Under the pieces are notes generated by a model, which was not told the DNA's origin, ran no database searches, and was given only the letters and a program-made list of their open reading frames with translations. Of a DNA stretch of 38,911 nucleotides, positions 18,278 to 27,370 are shown in pieces. Location: assembly GCA_041496385.1 (NCBI GenBank), contig JBGQEL010000033.1, positions 1 to 38,911 on the forward strand, written 5' to 3'. Each line of letters starts with the position of its first letter. The stretch's first letter is position 1. This stretch comes from Candidatus Methylomirabilia bacterium. Its GTDB lineage: Bacteria; Methylomirabilota; Methylomirabilia; Rokubacteriales; CSP1-6. The position numbers and the translations under genes were made by a program.

Positions 18278-19051
18278 GTGAGCGCGCTGCTCGAGATCCG
18301 CGACGTCTCGAAGGCGTTCGGCGGCGTGCAGGCCGTCTCGCGGGTGAGTCTCGACGTCGAGAAGGGCCTGGTCTTCGCCGTCATCGGACCGAACGGGGCC
18401 GGCAAGACGACCATCCTCAACATGATCAGCGGTTTCTACCACCCGGACACGGGCCGGATCTCGCTCGAGGGGACGGACGTCACCGACTTCGCGCCGCACC
18501 GCATCGCCGCGCTCGGCGTCGCGCGCACGTTCCAGAACATCGCGCTGTTCAAGGGCATGACCGTGCTCGACAACCTCATGCTCGGCCGCCACGTCCACAT
18601 GAAGTCGGGCGTGCTCAGCTCGTTCATCTACTGGGGCCTGGCGCAGAAGGAGGAGGTCGTGCACCGCCGGCGCGTCGAGGAGGTCATCGACTTCCTCAAG
18701 ATCCAGGACCTGCGCCGCCGGCCGACCGGCTCGCTCGCCTACGGGCTCCAGAAGCGCGTGGAGCTCGGCCGGGCGCTGGCCCTCGACCCGAAGGTGCTCC
18801 TGCTCGACGAGCCGATGGGCGGGTGCAACCACGAGGAGAAGGAGGACATGGCGCGCTTCATCCTCGACGTCAACGAGGAGTGGGGCTCCACGATCATCCT
18901 CATCGAGCACGACATGGGCGTCATCATGGACATCTCCGACCGTATCGCGGTCCTCGACATGGGCCAGAAGATCGCCGAGGGGACGCCCGACGAGGTCCGC
19001 GCCAACCCGCGCGTGATCAAGGCGTACCTGGGGGAGGCCAAACGTGCCTGA
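18278..19051 (+). CDS. livG: ABC ATP-binding protein (LivG family)
   Basis: GPNGAGKTT, LAYGLQKRVE, LDEPMGG, IEHDM. Confidence 0.92.
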   Translation: MSALLEIRDVSKAFGGVQAVSRVSLDVEKGLVFAVIGPNGAGKTTILNMISGFYHPDTGRISLEGTDVTDFAPHRIAALGVARTFQNIALFKGMTVLDNLMLGRHVHMKSGVLSSFIYWGLAQKEEVVHRRRVEEVIDFLKIQDLRRRPTGSLAYGLQKRVELGRALALDPKVLLLDEPMGGCNHEEKEDMARFILDVNEEWGSTIILIEHDMGVIMDISDRIAVLDMGQKIAEGTPDEVRANPRVIKAYLGEAKRA

Positions 19052-20963
19052 GCCGACGACGCTGCCGCGCCTCGTGCTGAAGAACGCCCGCGACCTGGGC
19101 GAGCGCCCGGCCATCCGCGAGAAGGACCTCGGGATCTGGCAGACCTGGACATGGCGGCAGTACGGCGAGGAGGTGCGCGACTTCGCCCTCGGGCTCACGG
19201 CGCTCGGCTTCGCGCGCGGTCAGCGGCTCTCGGTGATCGGCGACAACCGCCCGCGCCTCTACTGGGCGCAGGTCGCCGCGCAGGCGCTCGGCGGCGTCTC
19301 GGTGCCCGTCTACCAGGACTCGATCGCCAAGGAGCTCGCCTACGTCTGGAACCACGCCGACGTCGCCGTGATCGTCGCCGAGGACCAGGAGCAGGTGGAC
19401 AAGGTGCTCTCGCTCCGCGCCGAGCTGCCGGCGCTGCGCCTGGTCGTCTACGACGACCCGCGCGGCATGCTCCAGTATCACCACGACTGGCTCCGGTCCT
19501 ACCAGGACGTCCGGGAGCTCGGGCGGAAGCTCGCCGCAGAGCAGCCGGGCCGCTTCGAGGCGGAGATCGAGCAGGGCCGGGGCGAGGATCTGGCCTTCGT
19601 CTGCTACACCTCGGGAACCACGGGGAGCCCGAAGGGCGCGATGATCACCCACACGAACGCCCTCGCGACGGCCGCGATGGCCGTGAAGGTCGAGGAGTTC
19701 CGGGCTTCCGACACCTGGCTCGCCTACCTGCCGATGGCGTGGGTCGGCGACGCGCTCTACACGCTGGTGCTGAGCCTCGTGGTCGGCTCCACCGTCAACT
19801 GCCCGGAGAGCCCGGAGACCGTGCAGCGCGACCTGCGCGAGCTGGGGCCAACCGTCATCCTGGCGCCGCCCCGCATCTGGGAGAACATGCTCACCTCGGT
19901 GCAGGTCAAGGCGGCCGATGCCCCGTGGCTCAAGCGCTGGATCTTCGAGCGGTCCCGCACGGTGGCCGAGCGCGCCGAGATCCTGCGATCGGAGGGCAAG
20001 GCCGTTCCCGCGTGGCTGCGCGTGCAGTGCGCGCTCGGCGAGTTCCTGGTCTACGGTCCGGTGCGCGACCAGCTCGGGCTCGGCCGCGCGCGCTCGGCGC
20101 TCACGGGCGGCGCGCCGCTCGGCCCGGAGACGTTCCGGTTCTTCCGGTCGATCGGCGTCAACCTCAAGCAGGTGTACGGCTCCACCGAGACGACCGGCCT
20201 TATCTCGCTCCAGCCGAGCACCGAGGCCGATCCGACGACGGCGGGCCGCCCCTGCCCGGGCATCGACGTGCGGATCGCCGACCGCGGCGAGGTCCTGGTC
20301 CGGAGCGCGGGCGTCTTCAAGGGCTACCTCAAGAACGAGGAGGCCACGCGCGAGGTCATCGACGCGGAGGGCTGGTTCCACACCGGCGACGCCGGGTTCA
20401 TCGATCCGCGCGGGCACCTCGTCATCATCGACCGCGCCAAGGACGTCGGCGCGCTCGCCGACGGCACCCCGTTTGCGCCCCAGTTCATCGAGAACAAGCT
20501 GAAGTTCAGCCCGTTCATCCGCGAGGCCGTGGCGTTCGGCGGCGACCGGCCCTTCGTCGCAGCCATGATCGCGATCGACTCGAACACCGTCGGCAACTGG
20601 GCCGAGCGACGGGGCCTCGCGTACACGAGCTATATGGATCTGACGCAGAAGGCCGAGGTGCACGACCTGATCCGCGAGGAGATCGGCAAGTGCAACGAGA
20701 CGCTGCCGGCGGCGACGAAGATCCGGCGCTTCCTCCTCCTCACGAAGGACCTCGAGGCCGACGACGCCGAGATGACGCGCACGCGCAAGGTGCGCCGGCG
20801 CTACGTGGCCGAGAAGTACGCCCCGGTGATCGAGGCGTTCTACACCGGCGACGACGAGGTGGAGCTGGCGACCGCCATCACGTACGAGGACGGGCGCCAG
20901 GCGACGATCCAGTCGCGGGTGCGCATCGCGGCCGTCGACGCGGAGGCCGCCGCCCGTGTCTGA
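19044..20963 (+). CDS. Long-chain acyl-CoA synthetase (AMP-binding), copy 2
   Basis: YTSGTTGSPKG, YGSTE, TGDAG, IIDRAKD; clear paralogue of 11195..13135. Confidence 0.9.
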   Translation: MPEPTTLPRLVLKNARDLGERPAIREKDLGIWQTWTWRQYGEEVRDFALGLTALGFARGQRLSVIGDNRPRLYWAQVAAQALGGVSVPVYQDSIAKELAYVWNHADVAVIVAEDQEQVDKVLSLRAELPALRLVVYDDPRGMLQYHHDWLRSYQDVRELGRKLAAEQPGRFEAEIEQGRGEDLAFVCYTSGTTGSPKGAMITHTNALATAAMAVKVEEFRASDTWLAYLPMAWVGDALYTLVLSLVVGSTVNCPESPETVQRDLRELGPTVILAPPRIWENMLTSVQVKAADAPWLKRWIFERSRTVAERAEILRSEGKAVPAWLRVQCALGEFLVYGPVRDQLGLGRARSALTGGAPLGPETFRFFRSIGVNLKQVYGSTETTGLISLQPSTEADPTTAGRPCPGIDVRIADRGEVLVRSAGVFKGYLKNEEATREVIDAEGWFHTGDAGFIDPRGHLVIIDRAKDVGALADGTPFAPQFIENKLKFSPFIREAVAFGGDRPFVAAMIAIDSNTVGNWAERRGLAYTSYMDLTQKAEVHDLIREEIGKCNETLPAATKIRRFLLLTKDLEADDAEMTRTRKVRRRYVAEKYAPVIEAFYTGDDEVELATAITYEDGRQATIQSRVRIAAVDAEAAARV

Positions 20964-21852
20964 GGACTTCGGCTTCTTTCTCCTCCTGATGTCCAACGGG
21001 GTCCTCATCGGGCTCATGTACTCGCTGATCGCGCTCGGCTTCGTCCTGGTCTACAAGGCGACCGACGCGATCAACTTCGCCCAGGGCGAGTTCGTGATGA
21101 TCTCGGGCCTCGTCGTGGCGGGGAGCCTCGGCGCGCTAGGGGCGCCGCTGTGGCTGGCCGTGCTGCTCGGCCTCATCGGGATGGTCGTCTTCGGCTTCGC
21201 CCTCGAACGCGTGGTGCTCCGCAAGCTCATCGGCCGGCCCGCCATCGCGGTGGTCATGGCCACGATCGGGCTCGCCTCCATCCTGCGCGGTATCGGGCCG
21301 ACGACGCTCGGCGCCGGGACCCGGCCGCTGCCGCTGCCCATCCCCGACGAGCCCTTCGTCCTCGGCCCGCTGCTCGTTCCCCCGATCCAGGTGCTCGGCG
21401 CCGTGGTGAGCTTGATGTTCCTGACCGGCTTCGGCTGGTTCTTCCTAAAGTCCCGCAAGGGCATCGCCATGCGCGCGGTGGCCGACAACCAGCAGGTCGC
21501 CATGTCCATGGGTATCGACGTCGAGCGCTACTTCGGGCTCGCTTGGGCCATGACCGGCGTCGTCTCGGCGCTGGGCGGCGTCCTCTGGGGAAACCTCCTC
21601 GGCGTCGACGTGAACCTCGCGCTCGTCGGCTTCAAGGTGTTCCCGGTGGTGATCCTGGGCGGCCTCGACTCGATCCCCGGGGCGATCGTCGGCGGGCTCA
21701 TCGTGGGCCTCGTCGAGAACGTGGCGGCCGGCTACGTCGACCCGTACGTGGGCGGGGGCACCAAGGACTTCGCCCCGTACGTGCTCATGATCGTCGCGCT
21801 CATGATCCGGCCCTACGGCATCTTCGGCAAGCGCATCATCGAGCGCGTATGA
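20956..21852 (+). CDS. livH: ABC permease (LivH family)
   Basis: INFAQGEF, ILGGLDSIPGAIVGG, RPYGIFG. Confidence 0.9.
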   Translation: MSEDFGFFLLLMSNGVLIGLMYSLIALGFVLVYKATDAINFAQGEFVMISGLVVAGSLGALGAPLWLAVLLGLIGMVVFGFALERVVLRKLIGRPAIAVVMATIGLASILRGIGPTTLGAGTRPLPLPIPDEPFVLGPLLVPPIQVLGAVVSLMFLTGFGWFFLKSRKGIAMRAVADNQQVAMSMGIDVERYFGLAWAMTGVVSALGGVLWGNLLGVDVNLALVGFKVFPVVILGGLDSIPGAIVGGLIVGLVENVAAGYVDPYVGGGTKDFAPYVLMIVALMIRPYGIFGKRIIERV

Positions 21853-21860
21853 AGCTCTCG

Positions 21861-22098
21861 ACGCGCTCGGCGGCACCGGGGTGGGGTGGGGGCAGGGATC
21901 GTTCGACCACGCGGTATTCGTGCGCTGGGCCCGGCGCGGCTGGGCTCCACCCGGGCGCGACGCGTCCGCCGCGCGGGTGGCGGGAACGGGTCTCACGACC
22001 CCTGCCCCCACCCCACCCCGGTGCGGCGGGGCGCTGGAGCCGCGGGGTGAGGGATCGTTCGACCACGCGCTCGAGCGCACCGGACCCCGGTGCGCTCG
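21861..22098. repeat. Composite palindromic element D
   Basis: Perfect 25-bp inverted repeat 21873-21897/22000-22024; 20-nt direct repeat 21894-21913/22050-22069; 12-bp hairpin 22072-22083/22087-22098. Confidence 0.88.
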
Positions 22099-22114
22099 GA
22101 CCGCTGGAGTCGTC

Positions 22115-23182
22115 ATGATTCATCGGGAGTGCGGCGTGCTGAAGACGACGTACGAGGCGGACATGGCGTTCTATCCGCTGCCGATCGCGCGGTGGACGGT
22201 GGCGACGCTGGCGGTGGTGTTCTTCCTGATCATTCCACTCACGCTGCACGAGTACTTCCTGTCGGTGGCCAACCTCGTCTGGATCGCGGTCATCGGTGCG
22301 CTCGGTCTGAACATCCTCGTCGGCTACACCGGCCAAGTGTCCATCGGACACGGCGCGTTCATGTCGGTGGGCGCGTACACCGCGGCGAACCTGGCCACGC
22401 GCCTCGACTCGCCGTGGCCCGTGAATCTCCTCGCCGGCGGCCTCATTGCGGCGCTCGTCGGGGCCGTGGTCGGCATCCCCTCGCTCCGCATCAAGGGGCT
22501 CTACCTGGCCATCGCGACGCTCGCCGGCCAGCTTATCATCGAGTGGACGATCAACCACGTGACGTTCATCAGCGGCGGGGTGCAGGCCTCCATCGAGGTA
22601 CCGAGGCCACACCTGGGCGCGATGGTCCTCAACACCCAGCGCCACATGTACTACTTCCTGCTGGTCTTCGTGGTCCTCGCCGTCGTGGGGAGCATGAATC
22701 TCGTCCGCAGCCGGGTGGGACGCGCCTTCATCGCGATCCGCGATCAGGACATCGCCGCCGAGATTATCGGCATCAACATCTTCCGCTACAAGCTCCTGGC
22801 CTTCGCCATCTCATCCTTCTACGCTGGGGTCACCGGGGTGCTGTACACCTACTTCCTGGGCATCGCCAACTACGAGCAGTTCCAGATCACGGTGTCCATC
22901 GACTACCTGGCCATGATCATCATCGGCGGGCTCGGCTCGGTCCTCGGCTCGATCTTCGGCGCCATGTTCGTCACCCTGCTCCCCATCGTCATCCGCTACG
23001 CGATGGAGGCCTTCGGCGGGGTGTTCTTCTCGCCCCAGACCGTGCTCAACCTCATTCCCAACCTCCGGCTCATGCTGTTCGGCGCCCTCATCATCTTCTT
23101 CCTGATCGTGGAGCCCGAGGGGCTGAATCGCCTGTGGCGGAACATCCGAAGCTACTTCCGTGTCTGGCCCTTCGCGTACTGA
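22115..23182 (+). CDS. livM: ABC permease (LivM family)
   Basis: MIHRECG start parallels MIYREAG of the 15036 paralogue; GYTGQVSIG, AIRDQD, WPFAY; GGAG SD. Confidence 0.88.
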   Translation: MIHRECGVLKTTYEADMAFYPLPIARWTVATLAVVFFLIIPLTLHEYFLSVANLVWIAVIGALGLNILVGYTGQVSIGHGAFMSVGAYTAANLATRLDSPWPVNLLAGGLIAALVGAVVGIPSLRIKGLYLAIATLAGQLIIEWTINHVTFISGGVQASIEVPRPHLGAMVLNTQRHMYYFLLVFVVLAVVGSMNLVRSRVGRAFIAIRDQDIAAEIIGINIFRYKLLAFAISSFYAGVTGVLYTYFLGIANYEQFQITVSIDYLAMIIIGGLGSVLGSIFGAMFVTLLPIVIRYAMEAFGGVFFSPQTVLNLIPNLRLMLFGALIIFFLIVEPEGLNRLWRNIRSYFRVWPFAY

Positions 23183-23207
23183 CGTGCGCGAGGAAAGGAG
23201 AACGCTC

Positions 23208-24461
23208 ATGAGGAACTTTCTAGCCATCGTGACGGCGCTATCGCTCGCGGCGGGCGGCGTGCTCGCGGCGGGTCCGTCCGAGGCCCAGTCCAAGGGCGAG
23301 ATCGTCATCGGCGTGCAGTGCGATCGGACGGGGGCGACCCAGATCGTCGGAACCGTGCTGTGTCCCGGGTTCCACGACTACATCGCCCTCGTGAACTCCA
23401 AGGGTGGCGTCGAGGGCCACAAGATCAAGGCGCTCGAGATCGATCACGAGTACAAGGTGCCGCAGGGGGTCGAGTCGTACGAGCGGCACAAGAAGGAGGG
23501 CGCGGTCAGCATCGCCGTCTACGGCACCCCGCACATCTACGCGCTCCAGGCAAAGCTGACCGAGGACAGGATCCCCGGCACCTCCCCGGGCTTCGGGAGC
23601 GCCGCCGCCGCCGACGGCGTGCGGTACCCCTACATCTTCCCGATCGCCGCCACCTACTGGTCGCAGGGGACGGCGGCGGTGGACTTCGTGAAGAAGCAGT
23701 TCGGCGGGAGCCTCAAGGGCAAGAAGATCGCGTACATCTTCTTCGACAACCCGGCCGGCCGGGAGCCGATCGAGGTGCTGGAGGATCTCGCGGCCCGGGA
23801 GGGCTTCCAGCTCAAGACCTTCGCGGTGCCACCTCCGGGCGTGGAGATGGGCGCCCAGGTGCTCGACATCGCCCAGCGCTTCCGCGCGGACTTCGTGATC
23901 GCCCACCTGTTCGGCGGCGCCCCCGCGGTATCGATCAAGGAGTTCAAGCGCGTGGGCTACCCGCTGCGTAAGGTCGTGTCGTTCGTGTGGGGTTCCGCCG
24001 AGGCCAACATCGACGCGGCGGGTGGTTTCGCCGTGGCGGAAGGCTATTTCACGATGCAGTTCGCCGGTGTCGGCACCGACTATCCGGTGCTGAACGAGAT
24101 CCGCGACATGTACAAGAAGGAGGGCAAGCCGGCGCCGAAGGAGATGGCCTCCACGGTGTTCTATAACCGCGGCGTGCTGATCGCCGCGCTCCACGTCGAG
24201 GCCATCCGCAACGCGCTGAAGGCCAAGCCCGACGGCAAGATCGTGGGCGCCGACGTGAAGGCCGGCTTCGAGAAGATTTCGAACTTCACTCTCGGCGGGT
24301 TGGTGCCGCCGCTCAAGATCACCCCGACCGACCACGAGGGCGGCGGGCTCGTCCAGATCTGGCAGGTGAAGGGCGGCAAGTTCGAGAAGGTCACGGATTG
24401 GTACGCGGCGTACACGGACGTGGTGGGCAAGCACATCAAGGAGGCTGCCGCAAAGAAATAG
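23208..24461 (+). CDS. Liv-type ABC substrate-binding protein
   Basis: SD AAGGAG; signal peptide; DRTG, TYWSQ, LKGKKI and YNRG motifs shared with the SBP at 16130. Confidence 0.9.
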   Translation: MRNFLAIVTALSLAAGGVLAAGPSEAQSKGEIVIGVQCDRTGATQIVGTVLCPGFHDYIALVNSKGGVEGHKIKALEIDHEYKVPQGVESYERHKKEGAVSIAVYGTPHIYALQAKLTEDRIPGTSPGFGSAAAADGVRYPYIFPIAATYWSQGTAAVDFVKKQFGGSLKGKKIAYIFFDNPAGREPIEVLEDLAAREGFQLKTFAVPPPGVEMGAQVLDIAQRFRADFVIAHLFGGAPAVSIKEFKRVGYPLRKVVSFVWGSAEANIDAAGGFAVAEGYFTMQFAGVGTDYPVLNEIRDMYKKEGKPAPKEMASTVFYNRGVLIAALHVEAIRNALKAKPDGKIVGADVKAGFEKISNFTLGGLVPPLKITPTDHEGGGLVQIWQVKGGKFEKVTDWYAAYTDVVGKHIKEAAAKK

Positions 24462-24469
24462 CGCGCGGT

Positions 24470-24537
24470 GGGTCCGGCGCAGCGGCCGGAGGGACACTCG
24501 CTCTGGGAGCCTTCCCTCCGACCGCTGCGCCGGACCC
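24470..24537. repeat. Intergenic hairpin E after SBP gene
   Basis: 25-bp stem with one mismatch 24470-24494/24513-24537, 18-nt loop. Confidence 0.85.
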
Positions 24538-24564
24538 GCGCTCGCTTTCCGGGGATTTGACATC

Positions 24565-25359
24565 ATGTTGAGGTTGAACAATATCGAGGTCATCTACGAC
24601 GGGGTGATCCTCGTCCTCAAGGGCGTGTCGCTCAACGTCCACGACGGCGGGATCACGACGCTGCTCGGCGCGAACGGCGCCGGCAAGACGACGACGCTCA
24701 AGGCGGTCTCCGGGCTCCTCCGCACCGAGCGCGGCGACGTCACGAAGGGCTCGATCGAGTTCAACGGCGCGAAGATCGACCGGCTTCGGCCGCACGAGGT
24801 CGTCCGGCGCGGCATCGTCCAGGTGTTCGAGGGGCGCCGCGTCTTCGAGCACCTCACGACCGAGGAGAATCTTGTCGCCGGCGCCCACATCCAGGGAGAC
24901 CGGCGGCGGGTGTCGGAGGGCATCGAGCGCGTGTACGGTTACTTCCCGCGGCTCAAGGAGCGGCGCGCAGTGCAGGCCGGCTACCTCTCGGGCGGCGAGC
25001 AGCAGATGCTCGTGATCGGCCGGGCCCTGATGGCCGACCCGAAGCTCATGCTCCTCGACGAGCCCTCGCTCGGGCTGGCGCCGATGCTGGTCGAAGAGAT
25101 CTTCGGGATCGTGCACCGGCTGAGCCGGGACGAGAAGCTGACCGTGCTGCTGGTCGAGCAGAACGCCGCGCTCGCGCTCACCATCGCCGAGCACGGCTAC
25201 GTGATGGAGAACGGGCGCATCGTCCTCGAGGGCAGCGCGGAGGCGCTCCGCGAGAACGCGGACATCAAGGAGTTCTATCTGGGCCTGACCGAGGTCGGTG
25301 CCCGCAAGTCGTACCGGGACGTCAAGCACTACAAGCGGCGCAAACGTTGGCTGTCCTGA
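24565..25359 (+). CDS. livF: ABC ATP-binding protein (LivF family)
   Basis: GANGAGKTT, LSGGEQQM, LDEPSLGLAP, KHYKRRKRWLS. Confidence 0.92.
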   Translation: MLRLNNIEVIYDGVILVLKGVSLNVHDGGITTLLGANGAGKTTTLKAVSGLLRTERGDVTKGSIEFNGAKIDRLRPHEVVRRGIVQVFEGRRVFEHLTTEENLVAGAHIQGDRRRVSEGIERVYGYFPRLKERRAVQAGYLSGGEQQMLVIGRALMADPKLMLLDEPSLGLAPMLVEEIFGIVHRLSRDEKLTVLLVEQNAALALTIAEHGYVMENGRIVLEGSAEALRENADIKEFYLGLTEVGARKSYRDVKHYKRRKRWLS

Positions 25360-25381
25360 GATGCGTCCAAGGAGGATTGCG

Positions 25382-25819
25382 ATGAAGCGATTTGTTGCGG
25401 TGGTCCTGCTCGCGGCGGGGCTCGGCGCGTGCGCGACGATGGGGGGCGACCAGCCGCCGTCGCTCTACAAGCGGCTCGGCGGGCGCGAGGGGATCGCCCT
25501 GGTCACGGGCGACTTCGTCGGGAACATGGCGGGCGACGCGCGGGTGGGCGCGCGCTTCAAGGAGATGAAGGGCCCGGAGGTCGAGAAGCTCAAGTCCAAC
25601 ATCGCCGACCAGATCTGCGACGCGACCGGCGGGCCGTGCTCGTACCTCGGCCGCGACATGAAGACGACGCACAAGGGCATGAACATCTCCGAGGGCGAGT
25701 GGAACGCGACCGTCGACAACCTCGTCAAGGCGCTCGACAAGAACAAGGTCGGGGCCAAGGAGAAGAGCGAGCTGCTCGGCCTCCTGGGTCCGATGAAGGG
25801 CGACATCGTCGGGCGATGA
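25382..25819 (+). CDS. glbN: Group I truncated (2/2) haemoglobin with lipoprotein signal
   Basis: SD GGAGGA; lipobox LGAC; SLYKRLGG, TGGPxxYxGRDM, proximal His in MKTTH. Confidence 0.85.
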   Translation: MKRFVAVVLLAAGLGACATMGGDQPPSLYKRLGGREGIALVTGDFVGNMAGDARVGARFKEMKGPEVEKLKSNIADQICDATGGPCSYLGRDMKTTHKGMNISEGEWNATVDNLVKALDKNKVGAKEKSELLGLLGPMKGDIVGR

Positions 25820-25839
25820 CGCGCGGGTGAGCCGCTCCC

Positions 25840-27360
25840 ATGGAGGCGCAGGCGTTCACCGTCTACGACATGATCGCGCGCGGCGCGCGCGTGTACGGCG
25901 ACGCGCCCGCCGTCATCCAGGGTGAACGCCAGCTCTCCTTCCGGGAGTTCCGGCGCCGCGCGGACACGCTGGCGGGCGGGCTGGCGGCGCTCGGCATCGG
26001 CCGGGGCGACCGCGTCTGCATCCTGGCGCAGAACGACGCCGCCTACCTCGAGCTGTACGGGGCCTGCGCGCGACAGGGCATCATCGCCTACCCGATCAAC
26101 TGGCGGCTGACCGCGCCGGAAGTGGAGCGGGTGGTGGAGCGTGCCGCGCCCAGGATGATGGTGGTCGACGCCTCCACGCTTCCCGTGGTGGCCGGGTGGC
26201 CGGAGAGCAAGACGTCGGTCGCCCACTGGTATCAGTTCGGGGAGTCGACGGGTCAGGGCTTCACGCCGTTCGCCGCGCTCTACCGGCAGGGCGCCGAGCC
26301 GCCGCCCGCCGCGGTCGGGCCGGACGACCCGTTCGCCGTCATCTCCACCGCGGCCGTGGACGTGATCCCGCGCGGGGCCACGCTCACGCACGCGAACATC
26401 GTGACGGCCAATCTGACGGCCATGGCCTGCATCGGCTACACACCCGCCGATCGCTACCTCGTAGCGCTGCCGCTGTTCCACATCACCGCCCTGGGCGGCG
26501 CCCTGGCGCACATGCACGCCGGCGGCGCCAGCGTGGTGGTGTCGCGCTTCGACGCGGAGGAGGCGGTGCGGCTCATCGACCGCCACCGTGTCACCCACGT
26601 CTCGGATTTCCCCCCGGTGCTGTCCAGTCTCCTCGACGCGGCCGAGAAGCTCGGGAGCCGGCTGCCGAGCCTGAAGCACGTCTCCGGGCTCGACGCGCCG
26701 CCGACGATCCAGCGCCTGCACGAGCAGACCCAGGCGAAGTTCTGGACCGGCTTCGGCCAGTCGGAGACGAGCGGGTTCGTCAGCCTGCAGCGCGTGGTCG
26801 ACAGGCCGGGCGCCGCCGGCAGACCGGTGCCGACGTGCCAGGTCGGAGTCGTGGACGACTACGATCGCGAGGTTCAGCCGGGGACGCCGGGGGAGATCGT
26901 CGTGCGCGGCCCGCTCGTGTTCCAGGGCTACTTCGGCCAGCCGGACGTGACGGCCCACACGCTCCGCAACGGCTGGCATCACACCGGAGACGTCGGGCGG
27001 TTCGACGACGACGGCTACCTCTACTACGTCAGGCGCAAGCCGGAGAAGGAGCTGATCAAGCCCGGCGGCGAGAACGTGTACCCGGCGGAGGTGGAAACCG
27101 TCATCATGCAGCTCGACGGCGTGAGCGGTGTCTGCGTGTACGGCATCCCGGACGCGCGCTGGGGCGAGGCGGTCAAGGCCGTCGTCGAGGTGAAGACCGC
27201 CGGCCGGTACTCCGCCGCGCAGGTGAGCGACTTCGTGGGCTCGAAGATCGCGCGCTTCAAGCGGCCCCAGACGGTGGCGTTCACCGACGCGCTGCCGCGC
27301 ACCGCGGAGGGCGCGGTGGACCGCGAGGCCGTCAAGGCCCGATGGGGTGATGCGCCATGA
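25840..27360 (+). CDS. Acyl-CoA synthetase (AMP-binding, atypical P-loop subfamily)
   Basis: LPLFHI, GFGQSETSG, HTGDVG, IKPGGENVYPAEVE; P-loop reads STAAVDVIPRG. Confidence 0.85.
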   Translation: MEAQAFTVYDMIARGARVYGDAPAVIQGERQLSFREFRRRADTLAGGLAALGIGRGDRVCILAQNDAAYLELYGACARQGIIAYPINWRLTAPEVERVVERAAPRMMVVDASTLPVVAGWPESKTSVAHWYQFGESTGQGFTPFAALYRQGAEPPPAAVGPDDPFAVISTAAVDVIPRGATLTHANIVTANLTAMACIGYTPADRYLVALPLFHITALGGALAHMHAGGASVVVSRFDAEEAVRLIDRHRVTHVSDFPPVLSSLLDAAEKLGSRLPSLKHVSGLDAPPTIQRLHEQTQAKFWTGFGQSETSGFVSLQRVVDRPGAAGRPVPTCQVGVVDDYDREVQPGTPGEIVVRGPLVFQGYFGQPDVTAHTLRNGWHHTGDVGRFDDDGYLYYVRRKPEKELIKPGGENVYPAEVETVIMQLDGVSGVCVYGIPDARWGEAVKAVVEVKTAGRYSAAQVSDFVGSKIARFKRPQTVAFTDALPRTAEGAVDREAVKARWGDAP

Positions 27361-27370
27361 GGATCCTCGG

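Noticed and set aside
85..24537. Hairpins as CRISPR array, tRNA or intrinsic terminators
   Set aside because: No regular repeat-spacer periodicity, no cas genes, no cloverleaf, and no U-tract directly after the stems; all sit inside co-directional operons.
24557..24562. Perfect TTGACA before livF
   Set aside because: Only 2 nt from the start codon and no matching -10; it overlaps the relay ORF stop codon.
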